DNA of 64,000 nucleotides from an uncultured Acidobacteriota bacterium (GTDB lineage Bacteria; Acidobacteriota; Terriglobia; Acidiferrales; UBA7541): NCBI GenBank assembly GCA_963709445.1, contig CAVPWV010000014.1, positions 3,930 to 67,929 of the forward strand, read 5' to 3'. Shown piece by piece: positions 54,306 to 64,000 of this stretch (position 1 is its first letter; each line of letters starts with the position of its first letter). The notes under the pieces were generated by a model. It saw only the letters and a program-made list of their open reading frames with translations, ran no database searches and was not told where the DNA came from. The position numbers and the translations under genes were made by a program.

Positions 54306-57300
54306 TCAGTGAAAATCATGGGACGCGGTTTCCGCGTTCATGATTGACAAAGGCTGGATGCGCTGCGCTTTCACCGAGATCACGTTCTCCTGATTCTGAA
54401 GCGTCCCTTCTATCAGCAAGAATGAATGATGCACCACTACGGTTGGATCGGCTTCAAATAACTGTGGAGTGATGATCGCATTCGCAATTCCTGTCTCATC
54501 TTCCAGGCTGAGAAAAACAAAACCATGCGCCGTGCCGGGACGCTGGCGCGCAATCACCGCTCCCGCGACCCGCACATGCATGCCATCGGGAAGTTTCGCA
54601 AGCTCGATGGCCCGGCGCACTCCCTGCTTTTGCATTTCCGCGCGGCGATAGGCCATGGGATGAGGTCCCACGGTAATTCCTGTGCCGCGAAAATCGGCGG
54701 CGAGCCTTTCTCCGGCGGTCATCGGCAAAAGCGGCGAATCTTGAAAGGCAGGCGATTCGTTCTGAGCCGCGTGTGTTTCACACGATTCGGAATTATCGGA
54801 TTCGCTGGAAGTTTCTTCTGATTCGAGAAGAGGCCCGGCAGGGCGAGCGGCGCGCTCTACTTGCCAGAGAGCGTCGCGGCGATGGATCGCATGCCGGTTG
54901 GACACAAAATTCAAAGCGCCAATTTCGGCCAGCCCAGTCAGTTCGGATTTCTGTATTTCGGGGATGCGCTGCTTCAGATCATCAATCGATGCAAACTTCC
55001 GAAGTTCGCGCTGGCGCACAATTTCCAGAGCGATCGCTTCGCGCAAGCCTTTCACATAGCGCAATCCGAGCCGCAGCGCGAATCCGCCGGAAATCTTTTC
55101 GAGCGTGCAATTCCAATCGGAACGCGTCAAGTCGATGGGCTTGCACTTTAATCCATGGCGCTGCGCGTCTTTCACCAGCGTCGCCGGATTGTAGAAGCCC
55201 ATCGGCTGGTTATTCAGCATCGCGGCGGTGAATGCGGCCAGATAATGGCATTTCAACCATGCGCTGGCATACGCGATCAGCGCAAAGCTGGCGGCATGCG
55301 ATTCGGGAAATCCGTAGAGGGCAAAAGAAGCGATCGACTGAGCGATTTTGTCCTGCGTCTCTCCCGTGATTCCTTTGGCCTGCATTCCGCGCCTCAACTT
55401 TATTTCTACTTCTTTCATCCGCGCTTCGGAACGCTTGAATCCCAACGCTCGCCGCAGCTCCTCGGCTTCGCCGCCGGTGAATCCCGCCGCAATCATGGCC
55501 ATGCGCAGCAATTGTTCCTGGAATAGTGGCACTCCCAAAGTCCGCGCCAGCACCGGCTCTAGCGAAGGGTGAAGGCATTCGGGCGCCTCTCGTCTCTGGC
55601 GGCGCTTTAAATATGGATGAACCATTTTTCCGACGATAGGCCCCGGGCGAATGATCGCTACTTGCACCACGATGTCGTAAAAACATTTCGGGCGCAGGCG
55701 CGGCAGGCAAGACATTTGCGCGCGGCTTTCCACCTGAAACATTCCTACCGTGTCGGCTTTTTGCAATGCCGCATAAACGGCTGGGTCGTTGGCGGGCAGG
55801 CGGCCGAGATCGATTTCTTCCGCGTGATATTCACGAATCATTTTGAGCGAATCTTCGAGCACGGCCATCATTCCCAGGCCCAGCAAGTCCACTTTGACGA
55901 TCCCCATATCTGCGCAGTCTTCCTTGTCCCATTGCACCACCACGCGGCCCGGCATCGTGGCTGGCTCCAATGGAACCACGGAATCCAATTGCCCCTGGCA
56001 CACCACCATTCCGCCGGAATGCTGCCCGAGATGGCGCGGCAAATCCTGCACCGCCTGGCAAAGCTCGAAAAATTTCCGGATGCGCCTGTTTTGAAGATCG
56101 AGGCCTGCGTCGCGGAACTGGCGCTCGAGCGTATCCGTTGGGCCTTTGTACTCCCACGATCCGACCAGGCTCGCCAAATGGCCCAGCGTTTCCGGATCAA
56201 AAGACAGAGCTTTGCCGATTTCCCGCGCAGCCGAGCGGCCTCGATAGGTGATCACATTCGCCGTCATCGCCGCGCCCAATTTCCCGTAGCGCTCGTAGAC
56301 ATATTGAATCGCGCGTTCTCTTTGGTCGCCGCTGGGTAAGTCGAGATCGATGTCGGGCCATTCGCCGCGCTCTTCGGACAAAAATCGCTCGAAGAGAAGG
56401 TCCATCGCGATCGGATCTACGGCGGTGATGCCCAGCGAATAGCACACAGCGCTGTTGGCGGCCGATCCGCGCCCCTGTACCAGAATATTTTTCTCGCGGC
56501 AAAAGCGGACGATGTCCCAAACGATTAAAAAGTATCCGGCCAGATCGAGCTTTTCGATCAGCGCCAGCTCGCGTTTGATTTGCCGGCGCGCACGCTCATT
56601 CTCAGCGCCATAGCGGGAAATCATGCCTTCGCGTGTGCGCTGGCGAAGAAATTGCATTTCGGACTCGCCATCCGGAACCGGATAAACGGGGAATTTATAT
56701 CCGAGATCGTTCAGCGTGAACTGTAAACGCGAGGAAAGGATCTCGGTGTTGGCGATTGCTTCGGGAAGATCGGAAAAAAGGAGAGACATTTCCTGGTGCG
56801 CCTTGAAATATCTCTCGGAATTGCGGCTCAGCAGGCGGCCCGCAGTGGAAAGCGTGCGGTGATGGCGGATGCAAGTGAAAACATCCAATACTTCGCGCTG
56901 CTGGAAGCGCGCGTAGGAGACTCCATTGGTTGCCAGCAGAGGTAATCTCAATTTTCTGGCGACTGCCACGGCAGCTTGGTTTCGCGCTTCCTCTTCGCGG
57001 GAGAAGTGGCGCTGAAGTTCAACGTAAACATTTTGGCGGCCAAACGTCCCGCAAAGCTCCTGCACGCATTTCACGGCGGCTTCCATTCCGCCTTTCGCCA
57101 GAGCATGGGCCAGCGGACCTTCCTCGCCTCCCGTCAAGCAGATCAAACCGTTATTCAGCTCGGCTATTTCTTCCGGCAGCGCGCTGCCCTCGCCTTTTCG
57201 CGCCCGCAGCTTCATGCGCGTGATCAGGCGGCACAAATTCTGATAGCCTTCGCGCGATTCGACGAGCAGTGGGTAGCGCCAGCCAGCGGGAGACGTAACT

Positions 57301-57494
57301 TCCGCGCCGATGTGGGCGCGTATGGAAAGCTTCTTCGCCGCCAGATGCAAACGGGGCGAGCCATACACGCCATCGCGATCGAGCAAGGCGATAGCCGGCA
57401 TATTGTGTTGCGCGCAAACGCCGGCCAATTCCTCAGGCGTGGATGCGCCTTCGAGAAAACTGAAAGCCGATCGCGCGTGAAGTTCGATGTACAT
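54306..57494 (-). CDS. dnaE2: Error-prone DNA polymerase III alpha-like subunit DnaE2 (ImuC)
   Basis: ORF 54306..57575 trimmed to Met28, giving MYIELHARSAFSFLEGASTPEEL (PHP domain). The ATG overlaps the imuB TGA by 1 nt (TGATG). Length about 1060 aa. Confidence 0.95.
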   Translation of the reverse strand: MYIELHARSAFSFLEGASTPEELAGVCAQHNMPAIALLDRDGVYGSPRLHLAAKKLSIRAHIGAEVTSPAGWRYPLLVESREGYQNLCRLITRMKLRARKGEGSALPEEIAELNNGLICLTGGEEGPLAHALAKGGMEAAVKCVQELCGTFGRQNVYVELQRHFSREEEARNQAAVAVARKLRLPLLATNGVSYARFQQREVLDVFTCIRHHRTLSTAGRLLSRNSERYFKAHQEMSLLFSDLPEAIANTEILSSRLQFTLNDLGYKFPVYPVPDGESEMQFLRQRTREGMISRYGAENERARRQIKRELALIEKLDLAGYFLIVWDIVRFCREKNILVQGRGSAANSAVCYSLGITAVDPIAMDLLFERFLSEERGEWPDIDLDLPSGDQRERAIQYVYERYGKLGAAMTANVITYRGRSAAREIGKALSFDPETLGHLASLVGSWEYKGPTDTLERQFRDAGLDLQNRRIRKFFELCQAVQDLPRHLGQHSGGMVVCQGQLDSVVPLEPATMPGRVVVQWDKEDCADMGIVKVDLLGLGMMAVLEDSLKMIREYHAEEIDLGRLPANDPAVYAALQKADTVGMFQVESRAQMSCLPRLRPKCFYDIVVQVAIIRPGPIVGKMVHPYLKRRQRREAPECLHPSLEPVLARTLGVPLFQEQLLRMAMIAAGFTGGEAEELRRALGFKRSEARMKEVEIKLRRGMQAKGITGETQDKIAQSIASFALYGFPESHAASFALIAYASAWLKCHYLAAFTAAMLNNQPMGFYNPATLVKDAQRHGLKCKPIDLTRSDWNCTLEKISGGFALRLGLRYVKGLREAIALEIVRQRELRKFASIDDLKQRIPEIQKSELTGLAEIGALNFVSNRHAIHRRDALWQVERAARPAGPLLESEETSSESDNSESCETHAAQNESPAFQDSPLLPMTAGERLAADFRGTGITVGPHPMAYRRAEMQKQGVRRAIELAKLPDGMHVRVAGAVIARQRPGTAHGFVFLSLEDETGIANAIITPQLFEADPTVVVHHSFLLIEGTLQNQENVISVKAQRIQPLSIMNAETASHDFH

Positions 57495-59113
57495 CAGTCG
57501 TAAATTCCCCGGGCAAACCAGCTTCCGCGCGGCGGGTCGTAATAGAAAAGGTAGAGACCGCAATCCGGACTGCACTTCGCCTGCGAATCACCCCGCCCCG
57601 AAGGATGGAAATGAATCTCCAGATCCCATTCCTCCTGTTGCCAGGAATTCTCCTGCCACCACTCGCCCGATGTGCGCCACGGGCCGGATGCGGCGGATAC
57701 TTCTCCTGACAATCCTCGGAAAACCACGCGCGTAGGGCATCCTGCTTTGGATTTGATCTTGGCGGGAACAGGCGGGCGAAAAACTCGAAAGCTTACGGGA
57801 GTTGTGGAGTTCGCACTTTGTCTTTCTGGATCGGAAGGAGCAGCAACAATAACCTTATGACGGCGCTTTTTATTCCCATCTTCCACCGGAGTGAAAAACC
57901 GCTGCATCCTAAATTCCGCGGGACGATGGGTGTCCATCAACAATGGAGAACCCACATTGGTTTCGCCAACCACGTGAGAAATGCGCGCAACCGTAAGTTC
58001 GAGCTTCTCCGGATCGGGAAAGTTTGGACGAAACAGTCCTCCTTGAGTAGCTCGCGGCCTGGCGGAATGCGCCGCAATCGCGATCTTTTGAATCGGCGCA
58101 TTGGGCGAATTCAGTTGCAAACGCAGCCGCAGCAATTTCAAAAGCATTTTCGAATCGCGTGTGGGGAGCGGAAGTTGTAGCTCCTTTTCATACCAACCGG
58201 GCCGATTTTTCTCGCGAAATATTTCTTTGCGGATATTCACCGCATTTTCAAAGGAAGGTTGCAGTTCGAAGCGCACGCGAATCGCGGCCGCTGCCAGGGA
58301 GCGCGCCGCCAAACGCGCGCAAAGCTGGTCGAGCAGGCGCCCCAGCAGAAACGACAGCGGATCGAGTTCCTCGACAGCATCATCCAGCTCCATTTCTTCC
58401 TCGAAAAAATGGTCCGCTTCGGCAATCACCAGAGAGCGCGAACTTTCGCCGCGAGCCAGCGCGTGCAGCCGCACTCCCTCCTGCCCCAGGCGCTCGGAAA
58501 GCTGCAAAATCGGCAGGTTGGCAAAATCCGCGCAAGTACGCACGCCCCAGCGGCTCAATGTTTCGGCCATTTCCGCGGAAGGAGAAAGAACGCTCACAGG
58601 CAAGCCACTCAAATATTGAGATTCTTGCCCAAGCGGAATCACAGTGATTCCAGGAAAACCTCGCGCGGCGATTTGGGCTGTATCTATGTTTGAGGCGATA
58701 GCAATATGCGAAGACAAACCACATTCGGTGGAAAGGGCGTCGAGGCGGGTTCCAATATCTTTTTCCGGACCAAACATGCCGGTGAGGCCCGCCAAATCTA
58801 GAATAATTGCGTCTTCCGCGGCGTCTTCAATTCGCGGAGAGACCGACCAGCCGATATCGAGCAATGCTGCATGGGCGATTCTTTCTTGCGCTCGGGAGCG
58901 CGGACGAATTTCCACGCCGGCAAATTGCGCCGCATTTGCTTTCGCCATCCCCGGCTCGATTCCCATCCGCGCGGCTCTTTCGTTCACCCCCACAACGCTG
59001 CTCGATGGCGGATTTCCGTCGATAAGGACAAGCGCGCGTTCCCGCAGTGCAGGGTCGGTGCGCACAACCGCTTGCAACATAAAATGAGGGACGAAAATAG
59101 AAGCGAATGCCAT
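57494..59113 (-). CDS. imuB: ImuB, Y-family-polymerase-like protein lacking catalytic acidic residues
   Basis: MAFASIFVPHFMLQAVVRTDPALRERALVLIDG (start at Met8 of ORF 57494..59134). Located between imuA and dnaE2. Confidence 0.9.
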   Translation of the reverse strand: MAFASIFVPHFMLQAVVRTDPALRERALVLIDGNPPSSSVVGVNERAARMGIEPGMAKANAAQFAGVEIRPRSRAQERIAHAALLDIGWSVSPRIEDAAEDAIILDLAGLTGMFGPEKDIGTRLDALSTECGLSSHIAIASNIDTAQIAARGFPGITVIPLGQESQYLSGLPVSVLSPSAEMAETLSRWGVRTCADFANLPILQLSERLGQEGVRLHALARGESSRSLVIAEADHFFEEEMELDDAVEELDPLSFLLGRLLDQLCARLAARSLAAAAIRVRFELQPSFENAVNIRKEIFREKNRPGWYEKELQLPLPTRDSKMLLKLLRLRLQLNSPNAPIQKIAIAAHSARPRATQGGLFRPNFPDPEKLELTVARISHVVGETNVGSPLLMDTHRPAEFRMQRFFTPVEDGNKKRRHKVIVAAPSDPERQSANSTTPVSFRVFRPPVPAKIKSKAGCPTRVVFRGLSGEVSAASGPWRTSGEWWQENSWQQEEWDLEIHFHPSGRGDSQAKCSPDCGLYLFYYDPPRGSWFARGIYD

Positions 59114-59152
59114 GGCGGCTAGACGGAGAGGCAAAGGAGCAGATGAAAATCT

Positions 59153-59986
59153 TCACCTTGGTCTCGAACCTCCTTCCACGCTGGGCTTGCCGCGTTCTGC
59201 GTGTGAATAATTTCCAAAGAATTCCGTTTCAAAATCGGCGCCGTCGCCGCCTATATCGGAAAAAAGATGATCCCGCGGAATCAGCATCCGGTTTTTTTGC
59301 TTCAACGAAGAACGAATGATTTCCGCATGGCTCTTCCAGCCGCCGAGCAGGCATGCCGGTGAATGTGGCAGAGAGATCTCCGCGGCGTTCCCCGATGTTT
59401 GCAACCAGTGCGTTTTTTGTGCGCGAAGCTCCAGAACCAGGGAAGCGCATGTCTTGGCATTCGATTCCTGCTCCAGAAGAACAAGGATTGTGGGAGTTGA
59501 TTCCACGGCTCGCCGGAAGCGAAACCACACTTGAAGTGGAACGTAGCGGACAATTTGCGGCGGCGTGTCGCCCAAATCCAAAGCAATCAAACCGAAGCCG
59601 CCGCCTTGAATGAGCAGATCGGTGGACCGAAGAGCTTGATCCACATTCCGGCAGCGCACCCAAAGCAGTTGTTCCAATTTCACGCCCGCCGCTTCCGCGG
59701 AGTGTGGATCGAACGCATCGCGCGCATCGACCAGAGCGCACATTTCCGATGCCGTGGTTCTCGAAGCCAATGCGGAAATCAGCAAACTGGTTTTCCCCGA
59801 GCACGGCGGTCCATAAATTTCCGTCAAACTTCCTCGAGGAAGTCCTCCCGTAACAGTGTCCACGGAAGAAATCCCGGCGGACACGGCATCCACAAGCGGG
59901 CGTTCGCGATACTGGAAAGGACTGGGTACACGCGCCGTGAGAGCGGATTCAACCTGCAAGCGCAACGCCGAGGTTTTTGAACTCAT
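59153..59986 (-). CDS. imuA: ImuA, RecA/SulA-like protein of the mutagenesis cassette
   Basis: GLPRGSLTEIYGPPCSGKTSLLISALA (RecA-like P-loop). First gene of the imuA-imuB-dnaE2 order. Confidence 0.85.
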   Translation of the reverse strand: MSSKTSALRLQVESALTARVPSPFQYRERPLVDAVSAGISSVDTVTGGLPRGSLTEIYGPPCSGKTSLLISALASRTTASEMCALVDARDAFDPHSAEAAGVKLEQLLWVRCRNVDQALRSTDLLIQGGGFGLIALDLGDTPPQIVRYVPLQVWFRFRRAVESTPTILVLLEQESNAKTCASLVLELRAQKTHWLQTSGNAAEISLPHSPACLLGGWKSHAEIIRSSLKQKNRMLIPRDHLFSDIGGDGADFETEFFGNYSHAERGKPSVEGGSRPR

Positions 59987-60010
59987 AGGGGGTGGTGAAA
60001 CGGCTCTTAG

Positions 60011-60025
60011 TTTCGCTTTTTGTTC
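60011..60025 (-). promoter_or_regulatory. Candidate LexA box (GAAC-N7-GAAA on the minus strand; one mismatch to GAAC-N7-GAAC)
   Basis: Plus strand tttcgctttttgttc. It begins 6 nt downstream of the candidate -10 and ends 24 nt upstream of the imuA ATG. Confidence 0.4.
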
Positions 60026-60031
60026 GCCTCG

Positions 60032-60060
60032 ATCTTAAATTTTCTTCGACGGAGTGTCAA
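60032..60060 (-). promoter_or_regulatory. Candidate sigma70 promoter of imuA-imuB-dnaE2
   Basis: Minus strand TTGACA (60060-60055), 17-nt spacer, TAAGAT (60037-60032). Confidence 0.45.
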
Positions 60061-60355
60061 GCTGAGGTTGAAAAATCAGCCCGCGAGAATCCAACACTTT
60101 GTGACCGGATCCGGGTGGTTGATGCCCCTGAAGGAGTCCTAAATTGTTTCTATCTATGTTTCTATATTGATGTAATTGTGTTCCAAACTTGACACATTTC
60201 CTGTCGCGTTTGGTCAATTCTCTTTCGCGCGGCTCTATCATGCGTTCCTCCGCGGCTCGAATTTCAGGTATGATGAAAGAAGCAATTCGACAGAAAACCG
60301 GAAGCCCTCTTTTTGGTAAAAGTCGTCTTGTCCAAGGGTCGGTCCTGAGCAATCA

Positions 60356-62191
60356 ATGACAATGCCCATTCGCAATATCGCCATCATCGCCCACGTGGAT
60401 CACGGGAAGACCACGCTTGTGGACGCAATGCTGCGCCAGAGCGGAATTTTTCGCGAGAACCAGGAAGTGCCACGGCGAGTGATGGACTCGAACGAACTGG
60501 AGCGCGAACGCGGCATCACGATTCTGGCGAAAAATACGGCCATCACGTATCGCGGGACGAAAATCAACATCGTTGACACGCCGGGTCACAGCGATTTCGG
60601 CGGCGAAGTGGAGCGTGCGCTGCGCATGGTGGATGGCGTGCTGGTCCTCGTGGATGCGAGCGAAGGACCCCTGCCGCAGACGCGTTACGTTCTGCAAAAA
60701 GCGCTCGCCGCAAAGCTTCCGCCAATCATGGTGCTCAATAAGATTGACCGGCCCGATGCGCGTCCGGCAGTTGTGCTCGATGAGATCTACGATCTTTTTA
60801 TTGATCTCGACGCGACGGAGGATCAACTCGATTTTCCGGTGATCTACACGAATGCGAAGACCGGAGTGGCGCATCGCAAAATCGGCGACGATTCCACAAC
60901 GCTTGAGCCTCTTTTTGAGGAAATCGTCGCGTCCATTCCGCCGCCGGCGGGCGACCCCGCAGGCGTGTTGCAAATTCAGGTTACCAATCTTGACTACAGC
61001 GATTTTCTTGGACGGTTGGCCATCGCGCGCGTGTTTCAGGGCACGCTACAACGCGGCACCGAAGTGGCGATCTCGAAGATCGACGGAAAAATTCAGCCCA
61101 CGAAGATCACCAAGATTTTCACGTTCCGCGGTTTGGAGCGCGATGAAGCTGAGACGGTCTCGGCGGGCGATATCGTGGCGATCGCGGGCGTGGAAGGAAT
61201 TCAGATCGGCGAAAGCATCACGGACCTTCTGAATCCGTCGCCGCTCGAGCCGCTCACGATCGACGAGCCGACGCTGACGATGGTGTTTACGATCAATACT
61301 TCGCCATTCGCCGGTCGCGAAGGACAGTTCGTCACTTCCCGCGATTTGCGAGCGCGCCTCGAGAAAGAATTGCTGACCAACGTTTCGCTGCGCGTGGAAG
61401 ATACGGGCGCGACTGACGCATTTCGCGTTCTGGGCCGCGGCGAATTGCAGCTCGCGATTTTAATCGAGACGATGCGGCGCGAAGGATACGAGCTGATGGT
61501 GGGCAAACCGGAGATCGTGGTGCGCACCGAGAATGGCCGGCGCCTCGAGCCTCTCGAAATGCTGATTGTCGATTGTCCGGAATCGTTCATCGGAATCGTG
61601 ATGGAATCGCTTGGAAGCCGGCGCGGCGAAATGAAAAAGATGGTGAACCATCATTCCGGCCGCGTGCGCATGGAGTTCAGCATTCCCTCCCGCGGATTGA
61701 TCGGACTGCGCAGCCAACTGCTTACGGATACGCGCGGCACCGCGCTGATTCATTCGCTGCTCGAAGGCTGGACTGAATATGCGGGCGACATGGCCATGCG
61801 TCTTACCGGCGCGCTGGTGTGCGACCGGCCAGGCGTGGCGGTTGCGTACGCGATCTGGGGCATCCAGGAACGCGGGGAAATGTTCGTGGGTCCGGGCGTG
61901 GAAGTTTATGAGGGAATGATCGTCGGCGAAAATGCGCGCGAAGACGATATGAACGTGAACATCACGAAAGAAAAGAAGCAGACGAACATGCGGTCGTCGT
62001 CCGCGGACGAAGCGATCCGCTTGATTCCGCCACGCGACATGACGCTGGAAAAGGCGATTGAATTTATCGCTGACGATGAGTATGTGGAAGTGACGCCGAA
62101 GTCGATTCGCCTCCGCAAAAAAATCCTCGATGCGAAGAAGCGTCCCAAGCGCTGGCAGGAAATTCGCGCCAGCGTGGACGCCGCCACCTAG
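60356..62191 (+). CDS. typA: Translational GTPase TypA/BipA
   Basis: [38 protein letters not shown], and a full-length EF-G-like domain order (611 aa). Confidence 0.95.
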   Translation: MTMPIRNIAIIAHVDHGKTTLVDAMLRQSGIFRENQEVPRRVMDSNELERERGITILAKNTAITYRGTKINIVDTPGHSDFGGEVERALRMVDGVLVLVDASEGPLPQTRYVLQKALAAKLPPIMVLNKIDRPDARPAVVLDEIYDLFIDLDATEDQLDFPVIYTNAKTGVAHRKIGDDSTTLEPLFEEIVASIPPPAGDPAGVLQIQVTNLDYSDFLGRLAIARVFQGTLQRGTEVAISKIDGKIQPTKITKIFTFRGLERDEAETVSAGDIVAIAGVEGIQIGESITDLLNPSPLEPLTIDEPTLTMVFTINTSPFAGREGQFVTSRDLRARLEKELLTNVSLRVEDTGATDAFRVLGRGELQLAILIETMRREGYELMVGKPEIVVRTENGRRLEPLEMLIVDCPESFIGIVMESLGSRRGEMKKMVNHHSGRVRMEFSIPSRGLIGLRSQLLTDTRGTALIHSLLEGWTEYAGDMAMRLTGALVCDRPGVAVAYAIWGIQERGEMFVGPGVEVYEGMIVGENAREDDMNVNITKEKKQTNMRSSSADEAIRLIPPRDMTLEKAIEFIADDEYVEVTPKSIRLRKKILDAKKRPKRWQEIRASVDAAT

Positions 62192-62235
62192 CCCGATCTA
62201 TTCGCGCACCAGCTAATTGCCATTGAAGTGTTAAA

Positions 62236-62254
62236 TCGAAGAGAGGTTCTTCGA
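62236..62254. terminator. Hairpin between the convergent typA and TPP-enzyme genes (possible bidirectional terminator)
   Basis: TCGAAGA (62236-62242), loop GAGGT, TCTTCGA (62248-62254). T-containing flanks on both strands; short stem. Confidence 0.35.
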
Positions 62255-62288
62255 CTGTTCGCTCTGGCGCTTCGCGCAAAGGCATACA

Positions 62289-63929
62289 CTAGCGGGGACC
62301 ATGGTATTGCTTCGAGAAAGCGATTTCCTTGGAAGTGAGGAATTCTAGCAGCGCGGGAACGCCTTTTTTCGTTTGCTCGATGCCGCGGCGGATTGCGGGA
62401 ACAATTTCGCCCGGCTCCGTGACCCGTTCGCCATACCCACCGAAGGCGCGCGCCATGGCGGCATAGTCGCCGGAGATGTCCGTTGCACGAAAGCGTTCAG
62501 TGGAGACGGGCATGACCGGAATCTCCATAGCCATGCTGAAATTATTCAGCAGGATCGAGAGAATCGGAATCCGCTCGCGCACGGCAGTCTCGAAATCCAT
62601 GCCCGTAAAGCCGATGGCGGCGTCGCCCCAAACATTCACGCAGAGTTTTTCGGGGCAAGCGAGCTTTGCGCCCATGGCGAGGCCGAGGCCATATCCTAGC
62701 TGCGTGGTTTTGCCCCAGCCGATGTAAGTGAACGGCTTCTTCGTGATCCAGAATGGAGCTAGTTGATCGCGAGGGCTGCCCGCATCGTGCGTGATGATGG
62801 TATTTGCAACATCCACGGTTTGCTGCAAATCCCAAATCACGCGATAAGGAGACAGAGGAATTGCATCGGAGGTTAGTTTCGGCATCCATTCGTTGAGCCA
62901 ACTTTTGCGGATCGTCGCAATCTCGCCGGTAACCGGCGAGCGCCTCGGCTTCTCGATGAGGCGTTTGATCTCGACGAGCAGCGCGTCAAGCGTTAAGCGC
63001 GCGTCGCCGATAAGTCCGATGTCGGCGCGAATGTCTTTGTTCAGATGCTTGGGATCCAGCGTCGCGTGAATAAATCTCTTTCCGGGCGGCATGGCAATAC
63101 CGAAGTTCGTCTGGGTGAAGCTACAACCAATCCCGAAAATCAGATCGGCCTTCTCGAGAAAGTGTGGAACCATCGGCGGGAAAGCATTGCCCCCGGCGCC
63201 GAGCGCCAGAGGATGGTCCTCCGGGAACGCGCTCTTTCCTTGCAGGCTTGTTGCCACAGGGGCGCCAAGCAACTCAGCCAGTTCTTTCAGCGATTCCCAG
63301 GCGCGCGCGTAATGAATTCCCTGACCGGCATAAACGACGAGATTTTTTGCTTCCACGAGCGCGGCCGCGGCACGGCGGACGTCGGCGGGATCGGGACAAT
63401 AGCGTGTGGAGACTACGGGTTCATAGATGAAAGGCTCGGGCACATCTTCCGCAAACAAATCCTGCGGAATCTCTACGAGCGCAGGACCGCCGCGTCCATT
63501 GCGAAGATTCGAAAAAGCGCGGCGAAAGACGTTCGGGATTTCGGCTGGAGAGGTGATCGCCTCCGCGGATTTGGTAACCGAGCGCATGCTTGCGACAGAA
63601 TTGAAATTCGGATCCACCTGCGCAAGGCGCCGCGCGTAGCCCATCGGGAGTACAAGGATGGGGACCGATTCGCTGTATGCTTGCGCCACACCGCCGAACG
63701 AATTTTCCGATCCCGGACCGTGCTGCATCGCGAAAACGCCGATCTTGCGTCCGCTGGTGAGCCGCGAAAGAGCGTCGGCCATGTGAAGCCCGACGCGTTC
63801 CTGGCGAACGATGATCGGTCGTATGCCGGCGCACGCCGCGGATTCCAAAACGTGGTTCACCGGATAGCCAAAAATAGCGTCAACGCCCTCGCGCTTTAGA
63901 ATTTCAGCGATTGCTTCGCCGACTTTCAC
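62289..63929 (-). CDS. Thiamine-pyrophosphate-dependent enzyme (acetolactate-synthase-like family; substrate unknown)
   Basis: GTG start with GGGAGG 8 nt upstream. GVDAIFGYPV, MQHGPGSEN, and the TPP-binding block GDAAIGFTGMDFETAVRERIPILSILLNN. Confidence 0.85.
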   Translation of the reverse strand: MKVGEAIAEILKREGVDAIFGYPVNHVLESAACAGIRPIIVRQERVGLHMADALSRLTSGRKIGVFAMQHGPGSENSFGGVAQAYSESVPILVLPMGYARRLAQVDPNFNSVASMRSVTKSAEAITSPAEIPNVFRRAFSNLRNGRGGPALVEIPQDLFAEDVPEPFIYEPVVSTRYCPDPADVRRAAAALVEAKNLVVYAGQGIHYARAWESLKELAELLGAPVATSLQGKSAFPEDHPLALGAGGNAFPPMVPHFLEKADLIFGIGCSFTQTNFGIAMPPGKRFIHATLDPKHLNKDIRADIGLIGDARLTLDALLVEIKRLIEKPRRSPVTGEIATIRKSWLNEWMPKLTSDAIPLSPYRVIWDLQQTVDVANTIITHDAGSPRDQLAPFWITKKPFTYIGWGKTTQLGYGLGLAMGAKLACPEKLCVNVWGDAAIGFTGMDFETAVRERIPILSILLNNFSMAMEIPVMPVSTERFRATDISGDYAAMARAFGGYGERVTEPGEIVPAIRRGIEQTKKGVPALLEFLTSKEIAFSKQYHGPR

Positions 63930-64000
63930 TCTGCAAGCCTCCCGCGGACTATACTTTACTTGACGCGTGTCACGAAATCTTCCCGAAATGCACGGCCCAG

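Noticed and set aside
60105..60114. Perfect 10-bp palindrome CCGGATCCGG
   Set aside because: It is too short and has no loop, so it cannot form a hairpin. It has no partner site and is most likely chance in GC-rich DNA.
60146..60165. GTTTCTAT direct repeats as a second LexA box
   Set aside because: The TTTC half-sites are 8 nt apart, not 7, and the site lies more than 85 nt upstream of the candidate imuA -35. It is kept only as an unexplained repeat.
1..64000. Search by eye for rRNA, tRNA, CRISPR arrays, transposases/integrases, toxin-antitoxin pairs, and exosortase or PEP-CTERM proteins
   Set aside because: None was recognised. There are no spaced direct-repeat arrays, no cloverleaf-like GC-rich ~75-nt islands in the intergenic regions, and no DDE, tyrosine-recombinase or PEP-CTERM motifs in any ORF. 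Absence by eye is not proof.

Overview
GC-rich bacterial chromosomal segment. The gene content (very large Wzx/Wzy polysaccharide loci, an imuA-imuB-dnaE2 cassette, a GTTC-type LexA-like box) suggests Acidobacteriota, but this is inference only. No rRNA, tRNA, CRISPR array, transposase or integrase was seen.

**Positions 1-38621: surface-polysaccharide super-locus.** It lies almost entirely on the minus strand and contains two complete Wzx/Wzy-type assembly and export gene sets.
- Module B (1-12334) is headed by a PilZ protein. It continues with a PCP co-polymerase, a BY-kinase homologue whose Walker A and A' motifs are destroyed, a short OPX exporter, a Wzx::GT4 fusion, an initiating phosphoglycosyl transferase (PGT), GT4 enzymes, a Wzy-like protein and an O-acyltransferase.
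- Module A (14184-38621) starts with a 1218-aa OPX exporter carrying seven SLBB repeats. This gene is translationally coupled to a PAP2-phosphatase::Wzi-like barrel fusion.
- Module A then continues with a PCP, a PGT, Wzy and Wzx genes, three tandem methyltransferases, GT4, three sugar-nucleotide redox/epimerase genes, a heptose-activation block (HddA-type kinase, SIS/GmhA, GmhB, transaldolase), GT26 and a GDP-mannose-3,5-epimerase-like gene.
- Between the modules, on the plus strand, sit an atypical REC-LuxR regulator and a truncated HTH-only paralogue. The paralogue shows a clear purifying-selection signature.

**Positions 38845-64000: mostly housekeeping.** Genes include efp, purB, a DEAD-box helicase and typA. 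There is also a small catabolic cluster (Rieske, amidohydrolase_2, EthD::CMD, HIBADH-like) and an imuA-imuB-dnaE2 mutagenesis cassette with a sigma70-like promoter overlapped by a LexA-like box. Three apparent frameshifts fall within about 3.5 kb (hydrolase C-terminus, lactate permease, Rieske protein).

**Best candidates for something undescribed:**
- the PilZ / PCP / dead-kinase head of module B;
- the giant OPX plus PAP2::Wzi pair of module A;
- the selection-maintained HTH-only regulator copy.

Novelty cannot be established without database searches.
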